DNA of 32,000 nucleotides from Isorropodon fossajaponicum endosymbiont JTNG4 (GCF_016592615.1 NZ_AP013043.1:120001-152000), one strand, 5' to 3'. Positions 11,780 to 21,413 are shown, counted from the first letter of the stretch. Notes: generated by a model not told the origin, from the sequence alone. Program-made: numbers and translations.

Positions 11780-12082
11780 ATGGCAAGTATTAAATTAAAG
11801 CCCAAGGCTAGAAAAGGTGTTATTGGTATTAAGTGTTTAATTAAACACCCTATGGAGACAGGTCTACGTAAGAAAAAAGGTAAAATCGTACCAGCTAACT
11901 ATATTGAAAATATGGTTGTATTACACAATGGTAGCAAAGTTGTGGATGCTGATATTGGTAGTTCAATTTCTAAAAACCCATACTTTAGGTTTAATGTTCC
12001 TGGTAAGAAGGGTGACACAATTGAACTTAAGTATAAAGACAATAAAGGTAAAACAGGTTCTGCGACTGCAAAGTCTAAATAA
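11780..12082 (+). CDS. soxZ: sulfur-compound chelating protein SoxZ
   Basis: 100 aa with an AAGGAG RBS. It carries SoxZ-type motifs (IKHPMETGLRKKKGKIVPANYI, SISKNPYFRFNV). Confidence 0.9.
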   Translation: MASIKLKPKARKGVIGIKCLIKHPMETGLRKKKGKIVPANYIENMVVLHNGSKVVDADIGSSISKNPYFRFNVPGKKGDTIELKYKDNKGKTGSATAKSK

Positions 12083-12109
12083 CTGTTTATGATTACTGGG
12101 GAGAGATTA

Positions 12110-12925
12110 ATGAAAAAACTAATAACCACAGTGGCTGGTTTAGGTTTGTTGATTAACGTAGCATCAGCTGATGTTGCGTCTGACCAAGAGGCCTTTATTA
12201 ACCACTTTAAAACAATTCTTCCGAATGTTGAATTTGCAGACTACACCAATGGTGTATATGCAGTTGATCAAGGTTCAAGAGAACAATTTGAGGAAATCTT
12301 AGACGGTATTCCCCCTTATGAGGAGGCAGTGGAAAAAGGTGGCAAGGAGTATTTAAAGTTTGGTCTTGATAAGTGTACTTCGCTTAAAGATCCAGCGGCA
12401 GCTCGTGTTAAACACCCATACTTTGATGAAGCAACTCAACAGGTGGTCACACTTGAAAGTGCAATTAAAAAGTGCTACCAACAACAAACTGGCAAGAAGT
12501 TAGGTTCTAAGAAGGGCAAAATTGCTCGTATTAGTGCTTGGATTTCAGATCAGGCAGCTGGACAAAAAATTAATGTAAAAGTTGAGTCTGCTGGTGCTAA
12601 AGCAGCTTATGAGAAGGGTAAGGCTTTCTTTTATGCTAAGCGTGGCCAGTTCAACATGTCTTGTGCAGATTGTCATGTGTATAACGCAGGTAAAAAAGCC
12701 CGTGCTGACATTTTATCCCCTGCATTAGGTCATACTACTCACGTACCTATGTATCGTGCAAAATGGGCTGGTATGGGCACACTACATCGTCGTTATGGTG
12801 GTTGCTTAAAGAATATGCGTGCTAAGCCATTAAAAGCTCAGACAGAAGCATTTCGTAATATGGAGTTTTTCCATCAAGCAATGAGCAATGGTCTTGAAAT
12901 CACTGCTGATAGATACAGAAAATAG
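12110..12925 (+). CDS. soxA: SoxA cytochrome c subunit of SoxAX (single CxxCH)
   Basis: The start was reset to the ATG at 12110, which follows GGGGAGAG and gives MKKLITTVAGLGLLINVASA as the signal peptide. There is one heme motif, CADCH, and a conserved distal Cys in RRYGGCLKNMR. Confidence 0.9.
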   Translation: MKKLITTVAGLGLLINVASADVASDQEAFINHFKTILPNVEFADYTNGVYAVDQGSREQFEEILDGIPPYEEAVEKGGKEYLKFGLDKCTSLKDPAAARVKHPYFDEATQQVVTLESAIKKCYQQQTGKKLGSKKGKIARISAWISDQAAGQKINVKVESAGAKAAYEKGKAFFYAKRGQFNMSCADCHVYNAGKKARADILSPALGHTTHVPMYRAKWAGMGTLHRRYGGCLKNMRAKPLKAQTEAFRNMEFFHQAMSNGLEITADRYRK

Positions 12926-12934
12926 GAGACACTA

Positions 12935-13255
12935 ATGAAAAAAGTATTACTAACAACTTTGACACTACTTGCTTTAACAGTTCAGGCTAACTCTTTAGAT
13001 AGTTCGCATAACTGGAATAACGGCTCTTCTGATTCATTTAAGTCTGCCATTAAAGCAGCTGAGACTGGCTATAAAGCCAATCTTGCTGTAAATATGGCAT
13101 GGCGTGACACTGGAAAGATGATTAAAAAAGCTAAAACATTGCACAAAGCAGGTAAAAATGTTGCGGCAGTTGCTTTAGCAAATAAAGCTCATAAGCAAAC
13201 AATTAATGCAACAGCACAAACTGCATTAGCAAAAACAGCTGGACCTAGGCTCTAA
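12935..13255 (+). CDS. small secreted Ala/Lys-rich protein co-transcribed with soxA (candidate SoxK/SAXB-like SoxAX-binding subunit; the function is unproven)
   Basis: 106 aa. The AGGAGA RBS overlaps the soxA stop codon. The protein has a Sec signal peptide (MKKVLLTTLTLLALTVQANS), no Cys and no heme motif. The mature part of about 86 aa looks predominantly helical. Confidence 0.6.
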   Translation: MKKVLLTTLTLLALTVQANSLDSSHNWNNGSSDSFKSAIKAAETGYKANLAVNMAWRDTGKMIKKAKTLHKAGKNVAAVALANKAHKQTINATAQTALAKTAGPRL

Positions 13256-13469
13256 AACAAGCTAATGAGTTAGAAAAAATACCCATTTTTTGTCTATTTT
13301 TTTTTGTCATAAAAATCTATATTGAAATTTTCAATTGGGTTTTTTAATGACCTTCCTTTTATTTGATATATTTTGAAAACTTCTAACACTTATTAAAATA
13401 AAACCAAGTTATTTAGAGTGGTTTATTTAGACTTGTAAAATAGATAAGTATTTCATCAAATTATTCTTA

Positions 13470-16400
13470 ATGGCTAATCCTGGTTTTGTGCATCTACATT
13501 GTCAAAGTGAATTCTCGGTTGAGAACTCTTTGGTGCGCATTCCAAAATTGATTGAAAAAGCACAAGAAATTGGCATGGATTCAATTGCACTAACGGATGA
13601 ATCCAATCTTTTTGCTGCCGTTAAGTTTTATCAAAAAGCCACTACTGCCAACATCAAACCCATATTTGGCGCTAAAATTAATGTCAAGGATAAAGAGGGT
13701 GAGTTTTATTCGGTTTTATTATTGTGTCAAGACCATCAAGGCTATCTCAATCTTTCTGAATTGATTTCTTTGTCCTATACTCAAGGGCGCTCATTTGAGG
13801 GTGTTAGTGTAACACAGCAACAACTAATTGATCATAACCAAAGCTTGATTATGATCGCAACACCTATTTATAGCGACGTAGCCAAACACTTAATATCAAA
13901 TCAAATGGTTGAAGCTAAGCAAAAAGTTGAATTTTGGCAGGCTGTTTTTGTTGAGCGTTATTATTTAGGTGTACAGAGAACTTCAAGGGAATTTGATGAA
14001 AAGCACTTACACCTTTGCGTTGAATTGGCGCTTGAACTTGGTGTTGCTGTTGTGGCAACAAACGATGTGCAGTTTTTAAATGAAAGTGATTTTGATGCAC
14101 ATGAGGCTAGAATTTGCATTTCTCAGGGTGGTCTTTTGGATGATACACGGCGTGAACGACATTTTTCTAAGGAACAATTTCTAAAATCATCTAAGCAAAT
14201 GCATGAATTGTTTGCTGATTTGCCAGAAATTTTAGAAAATACATTAGAAATTGCCAAACGCTGTAATGTGCATTTTGAGTTATTCAAAAAGAATTATTTG
14301 CCAGATTTTCCTGTACCAGAAGGGTTAACCATAGAGCAATTCTTTTGTGAAGAGGCGGAGAGTGGTTTGGTTAAGCGCTTACAAAACTTAAAAGTTGATG
14401 CGCAAATTTATCACCAACGCTTAAAATTTGAGCTTGATGTTATCAATCAAATGGGATTTCCGGGTTATTTCCTAATTGTGGCAGATTTTATTAGATGGTC
14501 AAAAGAAAATGATATTCCAGTAGGTCCGGGTCGTGGTTCTGGCGCTGGTTCGTTAGTGGCTTATGTTTTAGGCATTACCAATGTTGACCCAATTAAGCAT
14601 GACTTGTTATTTGAGCGTTTTTTAAATCCAGAGCGGGTTTCCATGCCAGATTTTGACATTGATTTTTGTACTGACCGTCGAGATGAAGTGATTGACTATG
14701 TGTCTAAAAAATATGGTCATGAAAAAGTTTCACAAATTGTTACTTATGGCACAATGGCAGCTAAAGGTGTGGTACGTGATGCAGGGCGCGTTCTGGGTCA
14801 CCCTTATGGGTTTAGTGACAAAATATCAAAAATGATTCCTAGTGATTTGAAAATGACACTTGAAAAGGCCTTGAGTGATCCTGAAGAAGGAGGTTCAGAG
14901 GAGTTGCGAGCTCGTTATGATTCAGAAGAAAGTGTAACGGCATTGATTGATCTTTCTAAGCAACTAGAAGGCCTAGTGCGAAATGTTGGTACACATGCAG
15001 GTGGCGTGGTTATTGCACCGAGCAAAATTAGTGATTTTTGTCCAGTGTACAAAGGTTATGGTGAGAATGATAGTGTGGTTTCTCAATTTGATAAAGATGA
15101 CGTTGAAGCAGTTGGTTTGGTTAAATTTGACTTTTTGGGGTTGTCCAATTTAACGGTTATTCATAAGACTGTTAAGTTAATTAGTGCTAAAGGCTTATCA
15201 GATGAACCGATTGATTTAGATGCTTTGCCATTGGATGACAAAAAAGTCTATGAGCTACTTCAACGTTGCGATACAACAGGTATTTTCCAATTAGAGTCTG
15301 AAGGTATGCGTAGTTATCTAAAGAAGCTGCAAGCGGATAATTTTGAAGATATCGTTGCCATGTTAGCACTGTATCGTCCAGGTCCATTAGATGCAGGCAT
15401 GGTTGATGATTATATTAATGTAAAGCATGGTGCTCAAGTTAAATACCCGCACCCAATGTTAGAACAAATCCTTAAACCAACCAATGGTGTATTTTTATAC
15501 CAAGAACAAGTAATGAAATCAGCACAGGTAATGGCAGGCTACTCTTTAGGCGGTGCAGATTTGCTTAGACGTGCGATGGGTAAGAAAAAAGCCAGTGAGA
15601 TGAGTCGCCAGCGTAGCGTGTTTGTTAAAGGTGCTGCTGAAAAAAATATTGACGAGAAAAAAGCCAACGAAATTTTCGATTTGATTGATAAGTTTTCGGG
15701 CTATGGTTTTAATAAATCTCATTCGGTGGCATACGCCTATGTGTCTTATCATACTGCTTGGCTTAAGTCTCATTACCCTGCACCTTTTATGGCAGCAGTT
15801 TTATCCGGTATGATGGATGATACAGATAGAATTTCATTTACCATTAGTGAGGTTCGGAAAATGGGCTTGGTGGTTAATGGCCCAAATGTGTGCGAATCTA
15901 ATTATGAATTTAGTATTAATGATGAAAAAACAGTTGCCTATGGCCTTGGTGCAATTAAAGGCGTAGGTAGCGTATTGGTTGATGCGCTCGTATTTGAGCG
16001 CAATGCTAATGGCACTTATAAAGATTTATTTGAGTTTTGTTCTAGAATTGAAAAGCGTTATTTAAACAAGCGTGCCATTGAAGCATTGATTTATAGTGGC
16101 GCTTTTGATGTGTTGGGTGTGGATAGAGCAAGTTTAATCAAAACCTATCCTACCGCCATTAAGCAAGCAGAACAAAAGCAAAATGACCATTCTAGTGGTC
16201 AAAGCGGGTTGTTTTCCAATGCTGAACAACATAATGAATATGAGGCGCATTATCTTTCAGTACCAAGTTTTTCGTTTAAAGAGAGGCTACAATTAGAAAA
16301 AAGCGTGTTGGGTTATTATTTTGATGATCATCCTACTGATGAATATAAAGCCGATTTAAAGCGTATTGGCGCAACATTGCCTTCTAAAATTGTTTTTAGA

Positions 16401-16904
16401 AATAATAAAGACGTGCGTGTATTGGCATTGATTTCAGAGCTACGTTATCGTGCTACTAAGAGTGGCGGGCAAATTGCTCTGGTCACGGTTGAAGATGGTG
16501 CTAAGCTATTAAATGCTGTGGTATTTATTAAAACCCTAGGTTCGGTGAGCGATCAACTTATTGTTGATGAAGTGGTGGTAATTTCAGGCAAGATTAATAA
16601 AGATTTCAGAGATCAGTGGCAAGTAGTGGTTGATAAAATTGAAAATATTGGGCAAGTGAAAATGAGTTACGCTAAGGGCTTTGAAGTATTATTAAATACC
16701 AAACACCAGTCAATTTTTGACAAACTTGTCAAAGTGCTACTTGAACATAAAGGCAATTGCCCTGTTAAAATCTCTTATATGACTGATAATTTAAGAGGTG
16801 GCATGTTGCTAAACAAAGCCTATTTGGTGACGCCCAATCAACAACTAATTGACGCTGTTAACGCCTTGGCTCAAGATCAAGTTAGCAAGATTCATTATCA
16901 TTAG
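13470..16904 (+). CDS. dnaE: DNA polymerase III subunit alpha
   Basis: 1144 aa. It has the PHP domain (FVHLHCQSEFS), the polymerase core (PGRGSGAGSLVAYVLGIT, PDFDIDF, GLVKFDFLGL) and a C-terminal OB fold. Confidence 0.98.
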   Translation: MANPGFVHLHCQSEFSVENSLVRIPKLIEKAQEIGMDSIALTDESNLFAAVKFYQKATTANIKPIFGAKINVKDKEGEFYSVLLLCQDHQGYLNLSELISLSYTQGRSFEGVSVTQQQLIDHNQSLIMIATPIYSDVAKHLISNQMVEAKQKVEFWQAVFVERYYLGVQRTSREFDEKHLHLCVELALELGVAVVATNDVQFLNESDFDAHEARICISQGGLLDDTRRERHFSKEQFLKSSKQMHELFADLPEILENTLEIAKRCNVHFELFKKNYLPDFPVPEGLTIEQFFCEEAESGLVKRLQNLKVDAQIYHQRLKFELDVINQMGFPGYFLIVADFIRWSKENDIPVGPGRGSGAGSLVAYVLGITNVDPIKHDLLFERFLNPERVSMPDFDIDFCTDRRDEVIDYVSKKYGHEKVSQIVTYGTMAAKGVVRDAGRVLGHPYGFSDKISKMIPSDLKMTLEKALSDPEEGGSEELRARYDSEESVTALIDLSKQLEGLVRNVGTHAGGVVIAPSKISDFCPVYKGYGENDSVVSQFDKDDVEAVGLVKFDFLGLSNLTVIHKTVKLISAKGLSDEPIDLDALPLDDKKVYELLQRCDTTGIFQLESEGMRSYLKKLQADNFEDIVAMLALYRPGPLDAGMVDDYINVKHGAQVKYPHPMLEQILKPTNGVFLYQEQVMKSAQVMAGYSLGGADLLRRAMGKKKASEMSRQRSVFVKGAAEKNIDEKKANEIFDLIDKFSGYGFNKSHSVAYAYVSYHTAWLKSHYPAPFMAAVLSGMMDDTDRISFTISEVRKMGLVVNGPNVCESNYEFSINDEKTVAYGLGAIKGVGSVLVDALVFERNANGTYKDLFEFCSRIEKRYLNKRAIEALIYSGAFDVLGVDRASLIKTYPTAIKQAEQKQNDHSSGQSGLFSNAEQHNEYEAHYLSVPSFSFKERLQLEKSVLGYYFDDHPTDEYKADLKRIGATLPSKIVFRNNKDVRVLALISELRYRATKSGGQIALVTVEDGAKLLNAVVFIKTLGSVSDQLIVDEVVVISGKINKDFRDQWQVVVDKIENIGQVKMSYAKGFEVLLNTKHQSIFDKLVKVLLEHKGNCPVKISYMTDNLRGGMLLNKAYLVTPNQQLIDAVNALAQDQVSKIHYH

Positions 16905-18890
16905 TTGCACTGGCGTTGATAGTAGCGTGCATAATCTAACCTGTATTGATTAATTGCAATGTCTTTATCTAGAAAAATCTCAATTTGTCCAGCGCAACTG
17001 GTGTTTAAAATATTAATGTTATGATTTTTGTATCTATTTACAACGACCTTAGCAGGGTGGTTAAATCTATTTTTATAGCCGCTAGAAATTGGGTGAAACT
17101 ACGTCTAAGAATTTATCACTTGATGAGGTCTTACTACCATGATGTGGACTAATGAGTATATTACTAGGAAGTTTATTTTTTTGATTAGCGATTAAATATT
17201 TTTCAGCTTTTTTCTCAATATCGCCGCTGAGTAGTATTGAGTGCGAATGGGTTGAGTATTTCAAATAGCACATCATACCAAACCCAATGCTGTCCTTTTT
17301 TGCATAAGGCTGTGGTTGCTTTAATTTTATTGGGTACTGAGGTGTGTATTTCTAATACGTTAAATGCTTTTAGGACAGAGTTTAAGCCACCGATATGGTC
17401 ATTATCACCATGAGAGATAATAATTTTATCCAAATATTGAATTTGTTTTGAACGTAAATAAGGAATAATGACTGCATCACCTATGTTAAATCTAGAAGGG
17501 TAGCCGCTACCCGTATCAAATAATAGAGTATGATTTTGGGTGCGAATTACATTTGCAAGTCCTTGTCCAACATCAAGAATCGTAATAACCACTGACCCTT
17601 TGGTTATTTTTTCAAAGGGGTGAAATGCAATTAGTAATAATAAAATCAGGGCTATCTTACGAAGATGAAGCGCTGAAGGTAGTACGATCATTAGTATTGC
17701 AATGATTAATAGTAACATTTCAGCACTTGATGCTTGGGTGTAATACCACTGATTAAAATTAAGGCTTTGTAGATATTCAAGTAAAACTGACAAGATAATC
17801 AAGGATTGATTGGCAATATCAAAAAACTCAGCGTGGCTAGCAAAGAAAGTTGTAAATGGGCAAATATTGCACCTACGAGTGCAAATGGCGTGCTGATAAA
17901 ACTAAATATTGGAATAGCGACTAGATTGGCAATAAGTGAAAGAAAATTGACCCAGAATTAAAAAACCAAGCAACTAAAGGCATTGTGGCAAGACTAATCA
18001 GTAATTGAATATAGATAAGTCGAACAATCCAGTGTCTGTTTTTGTGTTGACTAGTGCCGTAAATAATAATAGCAACTACATAAAAAGACAACCAAAAGCC
18101 CACGCTAAAAATACTGACTGGATTAATGACAAGAGCCAATAAAAGTGCCATGCCATAAAGTTGCCAAATAGCATGATAACGCCTAAGAATAATGGATAAA
18201 AACACCACGCTCGCCATAATAAAGGCGCGTTGAGTAGGGATGGAAAATCCTGCAATTAGTGCATAAATTAAGGCGGACATCAAACCAAAATAACCGCCTA
18301 TAGCTACAGCAGGTATACGTAATGTGCATCTTATACATTGACGCCACAAAAAACTGGAAAATAAAAATATAAAACCAGATATAAGCCCGATGTGCAAGCC
18401 AGAGAATAACACTAAGGTGTGTGGTATTGGTGGCTTTAAAGAGTGTCCAATTGTACTCAGATATTAATGTTCTATCACCAATGACAAGCGCATTAAGCAC
18501 ACCATCAAATCGTAATTTATTTAAAAATTTAGATAAAGTTTGTTTAATATTTTGCCTAAATTTGTTAATCGACAAGCTATTGTTTGACTTAATTAGCTTG
18601 TTGTTAATGCTGTTTCTAACATAGCCCGTTGCGTCAATTTGTTTGTAAAATAACCATTGTTCATAGTCAAAACTACCTAAATTTTGATAACCATTATTGC
18701 GTTTTAGTGTTACTCGAAAATGCCATTGATCATTGGCATGTAATGCTGGCAAATTTTTGCCATACCAAGACAATTTGACCTTAGCATTAATAAGGTTGTT
18801 CAACTTTGAAAATAAACGTGGCTTTATTGATTTATCATTGCTAAATATATCGTGAAACCAGTTTAGTTTTCCTCTAAAGTGTTTTCAAAT
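16901..18890 (-). pseudogene. comEC: ComEC/Rec2 DNA internalisation channel, disrupted by multiple frameshifts and missing its N-terminal membrane region
   Basis: Consecutive ComEC pieces lie in at least six different minus-strand frame segments:
- about 18183-18890: the OB/DUF4131-like part (KVKLSWYG...WHFRVTLKRNNGYQNLGSFDYEQWL).
- 17921-18412: the competence membrane domain (SGLHIGLISGF...).
- about 17803-17938: SLIANLVAIPIFSFISTPFAL.
- 17215-17802: the metallo-beta-lactamase domain (ILDVGQGLA...FDTGSG...ISHGDNDHIGG).
- 17082-17276: LLSGDIEKKAE...SPHHGSKTSSS.
- 16901-17090: SGYKNRFNHPAKVVVNRYKNHNINILNTSCAGQIEIF.

DNA upstream of about 18890 is full of stops. Confidence 0.82.
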
Positions 18891-19106
18891 TAATTAATAG
18901 ACATTTTCTCAGCTATCGGTTTTTTATAAATCTATATAAGTTGTTGATTTTTAATTAAAAATTATAACTGATTAATTTTTATTCAAAACCATAAAAAGGT
19001 GCAATATATCAACGTTTTGAGTGCTTTTTAATGAGATATTAACATGTTTATCCACAGTTTTGTGAGTAAGTCTATTGGGCGTTGATTTAACAGCATTTTT
19101 TGGTAT

Positions 19107-20300
19107 TTATAAGCATTCTTTAATAAAGATTTCAAGGATTTTTTTTGCCACTTTTTGTTTGCTATTTTTGGCAATTTTTTTGTTTAAGTTTCGACTCAAA
19201 AAAACCACCTCATTTTCATCCATATTGAAGCCAAAGTCAGCCTTTGAAACATCATTAAGGATAATGACATCACAGCCTTTATTTTTGAGCTTTTTTTGAG
19301 CATTTTTTAATATATTTTGTGTTTCTGCAGCAAAGCCCATGCAAATAGGTTTTTCTTTTAATTTGCAGACATCTGCCAATATATCTTTGTTTGGAATGAG
19401 TTCAAGTGTTAGATTTTGTCCATCTTTTTTTATTTTTTGATTGTTTGAGTTTTTAACAGAAAAATCACTCACAGCCGCACAAGCAATAAAAATATCTTGA
19501 CCAGTGATGCTATCCATAACCTTGGTATACATTTGTTGTGCACTAATGATGGATATATTGTTAGATTTTGCATTTAGAGTTGTGGTGATATTGCCATAAA
19601 TACAAGTCACTGATGCGCCCATTTCAAGACAAGTATTGACCAATGCCATGCCCATTTTTCCGCTACTGTGATTAGAAATAAACCTAACTGGGTCAATGGC
19701 TTCAATAGTGGCACCCAAGGTAATCAGTACCTTTTTACCAGTGAGTTTTGTGCTGATAAACTGACTGGCCACTTGTTTGGCAATGCTTGATGGTTCTGCA
19801 AGTCTGCCTATGCCAATATCACCACAAGCCTGTTTACCAGATTCTGGCTTAATGATGATTATACGGCGACTAACAAGCGTTGATAGGTTGTCTTGAAGCG
19901 CATGAGATTGATACATTTTTAGGTTCATAGCAGGTGCAATAAGTAATGGCGTATCGTTTGCTAAAATGACATTACTTAATAAGTCATCAGCTTTTCCTAG
20001 AGTGATATTGGCAACGGTATTGGCACTGGCAGGCGCGATTAAAATGGCATCTGCCCATTTGGCAAGTTCAATATGTCCCATACCAAGTTTAGCATCTTCA
20101 TCCCATAAATTACGATGAACTTTATTTTTTGAGATTGATTGTAAGGATAACTCGGTTATAAATTTAGCACCTCCCTCAGTAAGAATCACTTTTACCTGAG
20201 CACCTAAATCTTGCAATCGGCGTACAATATCAGGTGCTTTATAAGCTGAAATAGAGCCGCTCACGCCAAGGATAATGTGTTTATTAGTTAGTCTGTTCAT
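19107..20300 (-). CDS. coaBC: bifunctional phosphopantothenoylcysteine decarboxylase / phosphopantothenate-cysteine ligase
   Basis: 397 aa. It has an N-terminal flavoprotein domain (ILGVSGSISAYKAPDIVRRL) and a C-terminal CoaB domain (ISNHSSGKMG, AAVSDF). Its ATG overlaps the ribD stop codon (ATGA). Confidence 0.95.
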   Translation of the reverse strand: MNRLTNKHIILGVSGSISAYKAPDIVRRLQDLGAQVKVILTEGGAKFITELSLQSISKNKVHRNLWDEDAKLGMGHIELAKWADAILIAPASANTVANITLGKADDLLSNVILANDTPLLIAPAMNLKMYQSHALQDNLSTLVSRRIIIIKPESGKQACGDIGIGRLAEPSSIAKQVASQFISTKLTGKKVLITLGATIEAIDPVRFISNHSSGKMGMALVNTCLEMGASVTCIYGNITTTLNAKSNNISIISAQQMYTKVMDSITGQDIFIACAAVSDFSVKNSNNQKIKKDGQNLTLELIPNKDILADVCKLKEKPICMGFAAETQNILKNAQKKLKNKGCDVIILNDVSKADFGFNMDENEVVFLSRNLNKKIAKNSKQKVAKKILEIFIKECL

Positions 20301-21346
20301 TTTAAAGTGGCTGTTATCCTAATGTCATCACTCACCATTCTAACATTAACAATATTCAGCTTAATTTTATGAACTATATTTTTAATAACCAGATTAAGCA
20401 TTGAATTGGCATCACTGCCCATCAATATGGGTGCTACATAAATAATAAACTCATCAATTAAGTTGTTTTTAATCATAGCACCAATCAATTTAGGGCCTGC
20501 CTCAAGTAAGACACTGTTAATGCCTTGATTGCCTAATTGGGCTAAGACATCACTAAGGTCCAGCTTGCCAGAGGCAAGTATTTTGGTGTTGGTTGGATTT
20601 AAGATTAGTGTTGGTGCATCAGTGTTAAATATATTAAGCGAGGTGTTTGTTATTTGATTTTTACTATCAATCACAACACGTAGTGGCGTTGGGTTGATAT
20701 TATCAAGACGTACTGTCATTAAAGGATTGTCACTAATAATTGTGCCCGAGCCAGTCATAATTGCTTGGTGATTGGCACGTAATTTTTGCACGTCCAATCT
20801 TGCAGCTTCTGAGGTAATCCATTTACTTTCACCTGAGCTCATTGAGGTTTTGCCATCAAGACTCATGGCTATTTTGCAACGCACAAAAGGCTGATTGGTT
20901 TTCATGCGTTTGATGAATCCTTGATTAAGAGTTAATGCATCATTTTCTAACAAGCCAATTTTAACCTCAATACCTGCATTTTCAAGCATGACAACACCTT
21001 TGCCATTGACCAGTGGATTAGGGTCAAGCATAGCAATAATAACTTTTTTAGCACCTGAGTCAATAATGGCCTGCGCACAAGACGGGGTTTTTCCTTGGTG
21101 TGAACAAGGCTCTAGAGTGACGTAAAATGTAGCATTCTGAGCTTGGTGGTTAATTTGTTGTAAGGCGTTAATTTCCCCATGCGCTTTGCCAAAGGTTTGG
21201 TGATAGCCTTTGGCAATAATTTTTGTATGTTTTACAATTACACAACCAACCATAGGATTGGACTTTACACCGTATTTTCCTTGGCTGGCAAGTTTGAGTG
21301 CAATCGTCATGTTTTGAGTATCATTTATTGAAAAAGTTGCCGGCAT
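20297..21346 (-). CDS. ribD: bifunctional riboflavin biosynthesis protein RibD (pyrimidine deaminase / uracil reductase)
   Basis: 349 aa. It has a deaminase Zn site (HGEINAL ... EPCSHQGKTPSC) and a C-terminal reductase domain (KIAMSLDGK, GSGTIISDNP). Confidence 0.95.
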   Translation of the reverse strand: MPATFSINDTQNMTIALKLASQGKYGVKSNPMVGCVIVKHTKIIAKGYHQTFGKAHGEINALQQINHQAQNATFYVTLEPCSHQGKTPSCAQAIIDSGAKKVIIAMLDPNPLVNGKGVVMLENAGIEVKIGLLENDALTLNQGFIKRMKTNQPFVRCKIAMSLDGKTSMSSGESKWITSEAARLDVQKLRANHQAIMTGSGTIISDNPLMTVRLDNINPTPLRVVIDSKNQITNTSLNIFNTDAPTLILNPTNTKILASGKLDLSDVLAQLGNQGINSVLLEAGPKLIGAMIKNNLIDEFIIYVAPILMGSDANSMLNLVIKNIVHKIKLNIVNVRMVSDDIRITATLK

Positions 21347-21413
21347 ATTTCAGATATAATCTGTGAAAATATTTTGCATAAGAATTGATAACATTTTACC
21401 TAGGAGAAACAAC

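Noticed and set aside
13256-13350. Possible rho-independent terminator after the sox cluster. Candidates are AAAAAAT-ACCC-ATTTTTT at about 13274-13291 and ATTGAA-att-TTCAAT at 13321-13335, followed by TGGGTTTTTT.
   Set aside because: The stems are 6-7 bp and almost purely A-T, so they are too weak to call with confidence. The T-runs may simply reflect AT-rich spacer composition.
18804-19106. Possible chromosomal replication origin, given an AT-rich spacer with a consensus DnaA box.
   Set aside because: There is only one perfect box plus one 7/9 box. There are no GATC sites, no AT-rich 13-mer array, and no dnaA, gidA or mioC neighbours. I kept it as a low-interest finding only.
19075-19299. 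A 74-aa plus-strand ORF and the 67-aa ORF at 18421-18624.
   Set aside because: The first is antisense to the 3' end of coaBC. The second is antisense to the comEC relic. Both are hydrophobic, Phe/Leu-rich translations of AT-rich DNA with no RBS.
21347-21413. Possible FMN riboswitch upstream of ribD (minus strand).
   Set aside because: The spacer is only 67 bp and is shared with the recA promoter. That is far too short for the FMN element of about 150 nt, and no conserved RFN core sequence is visible.
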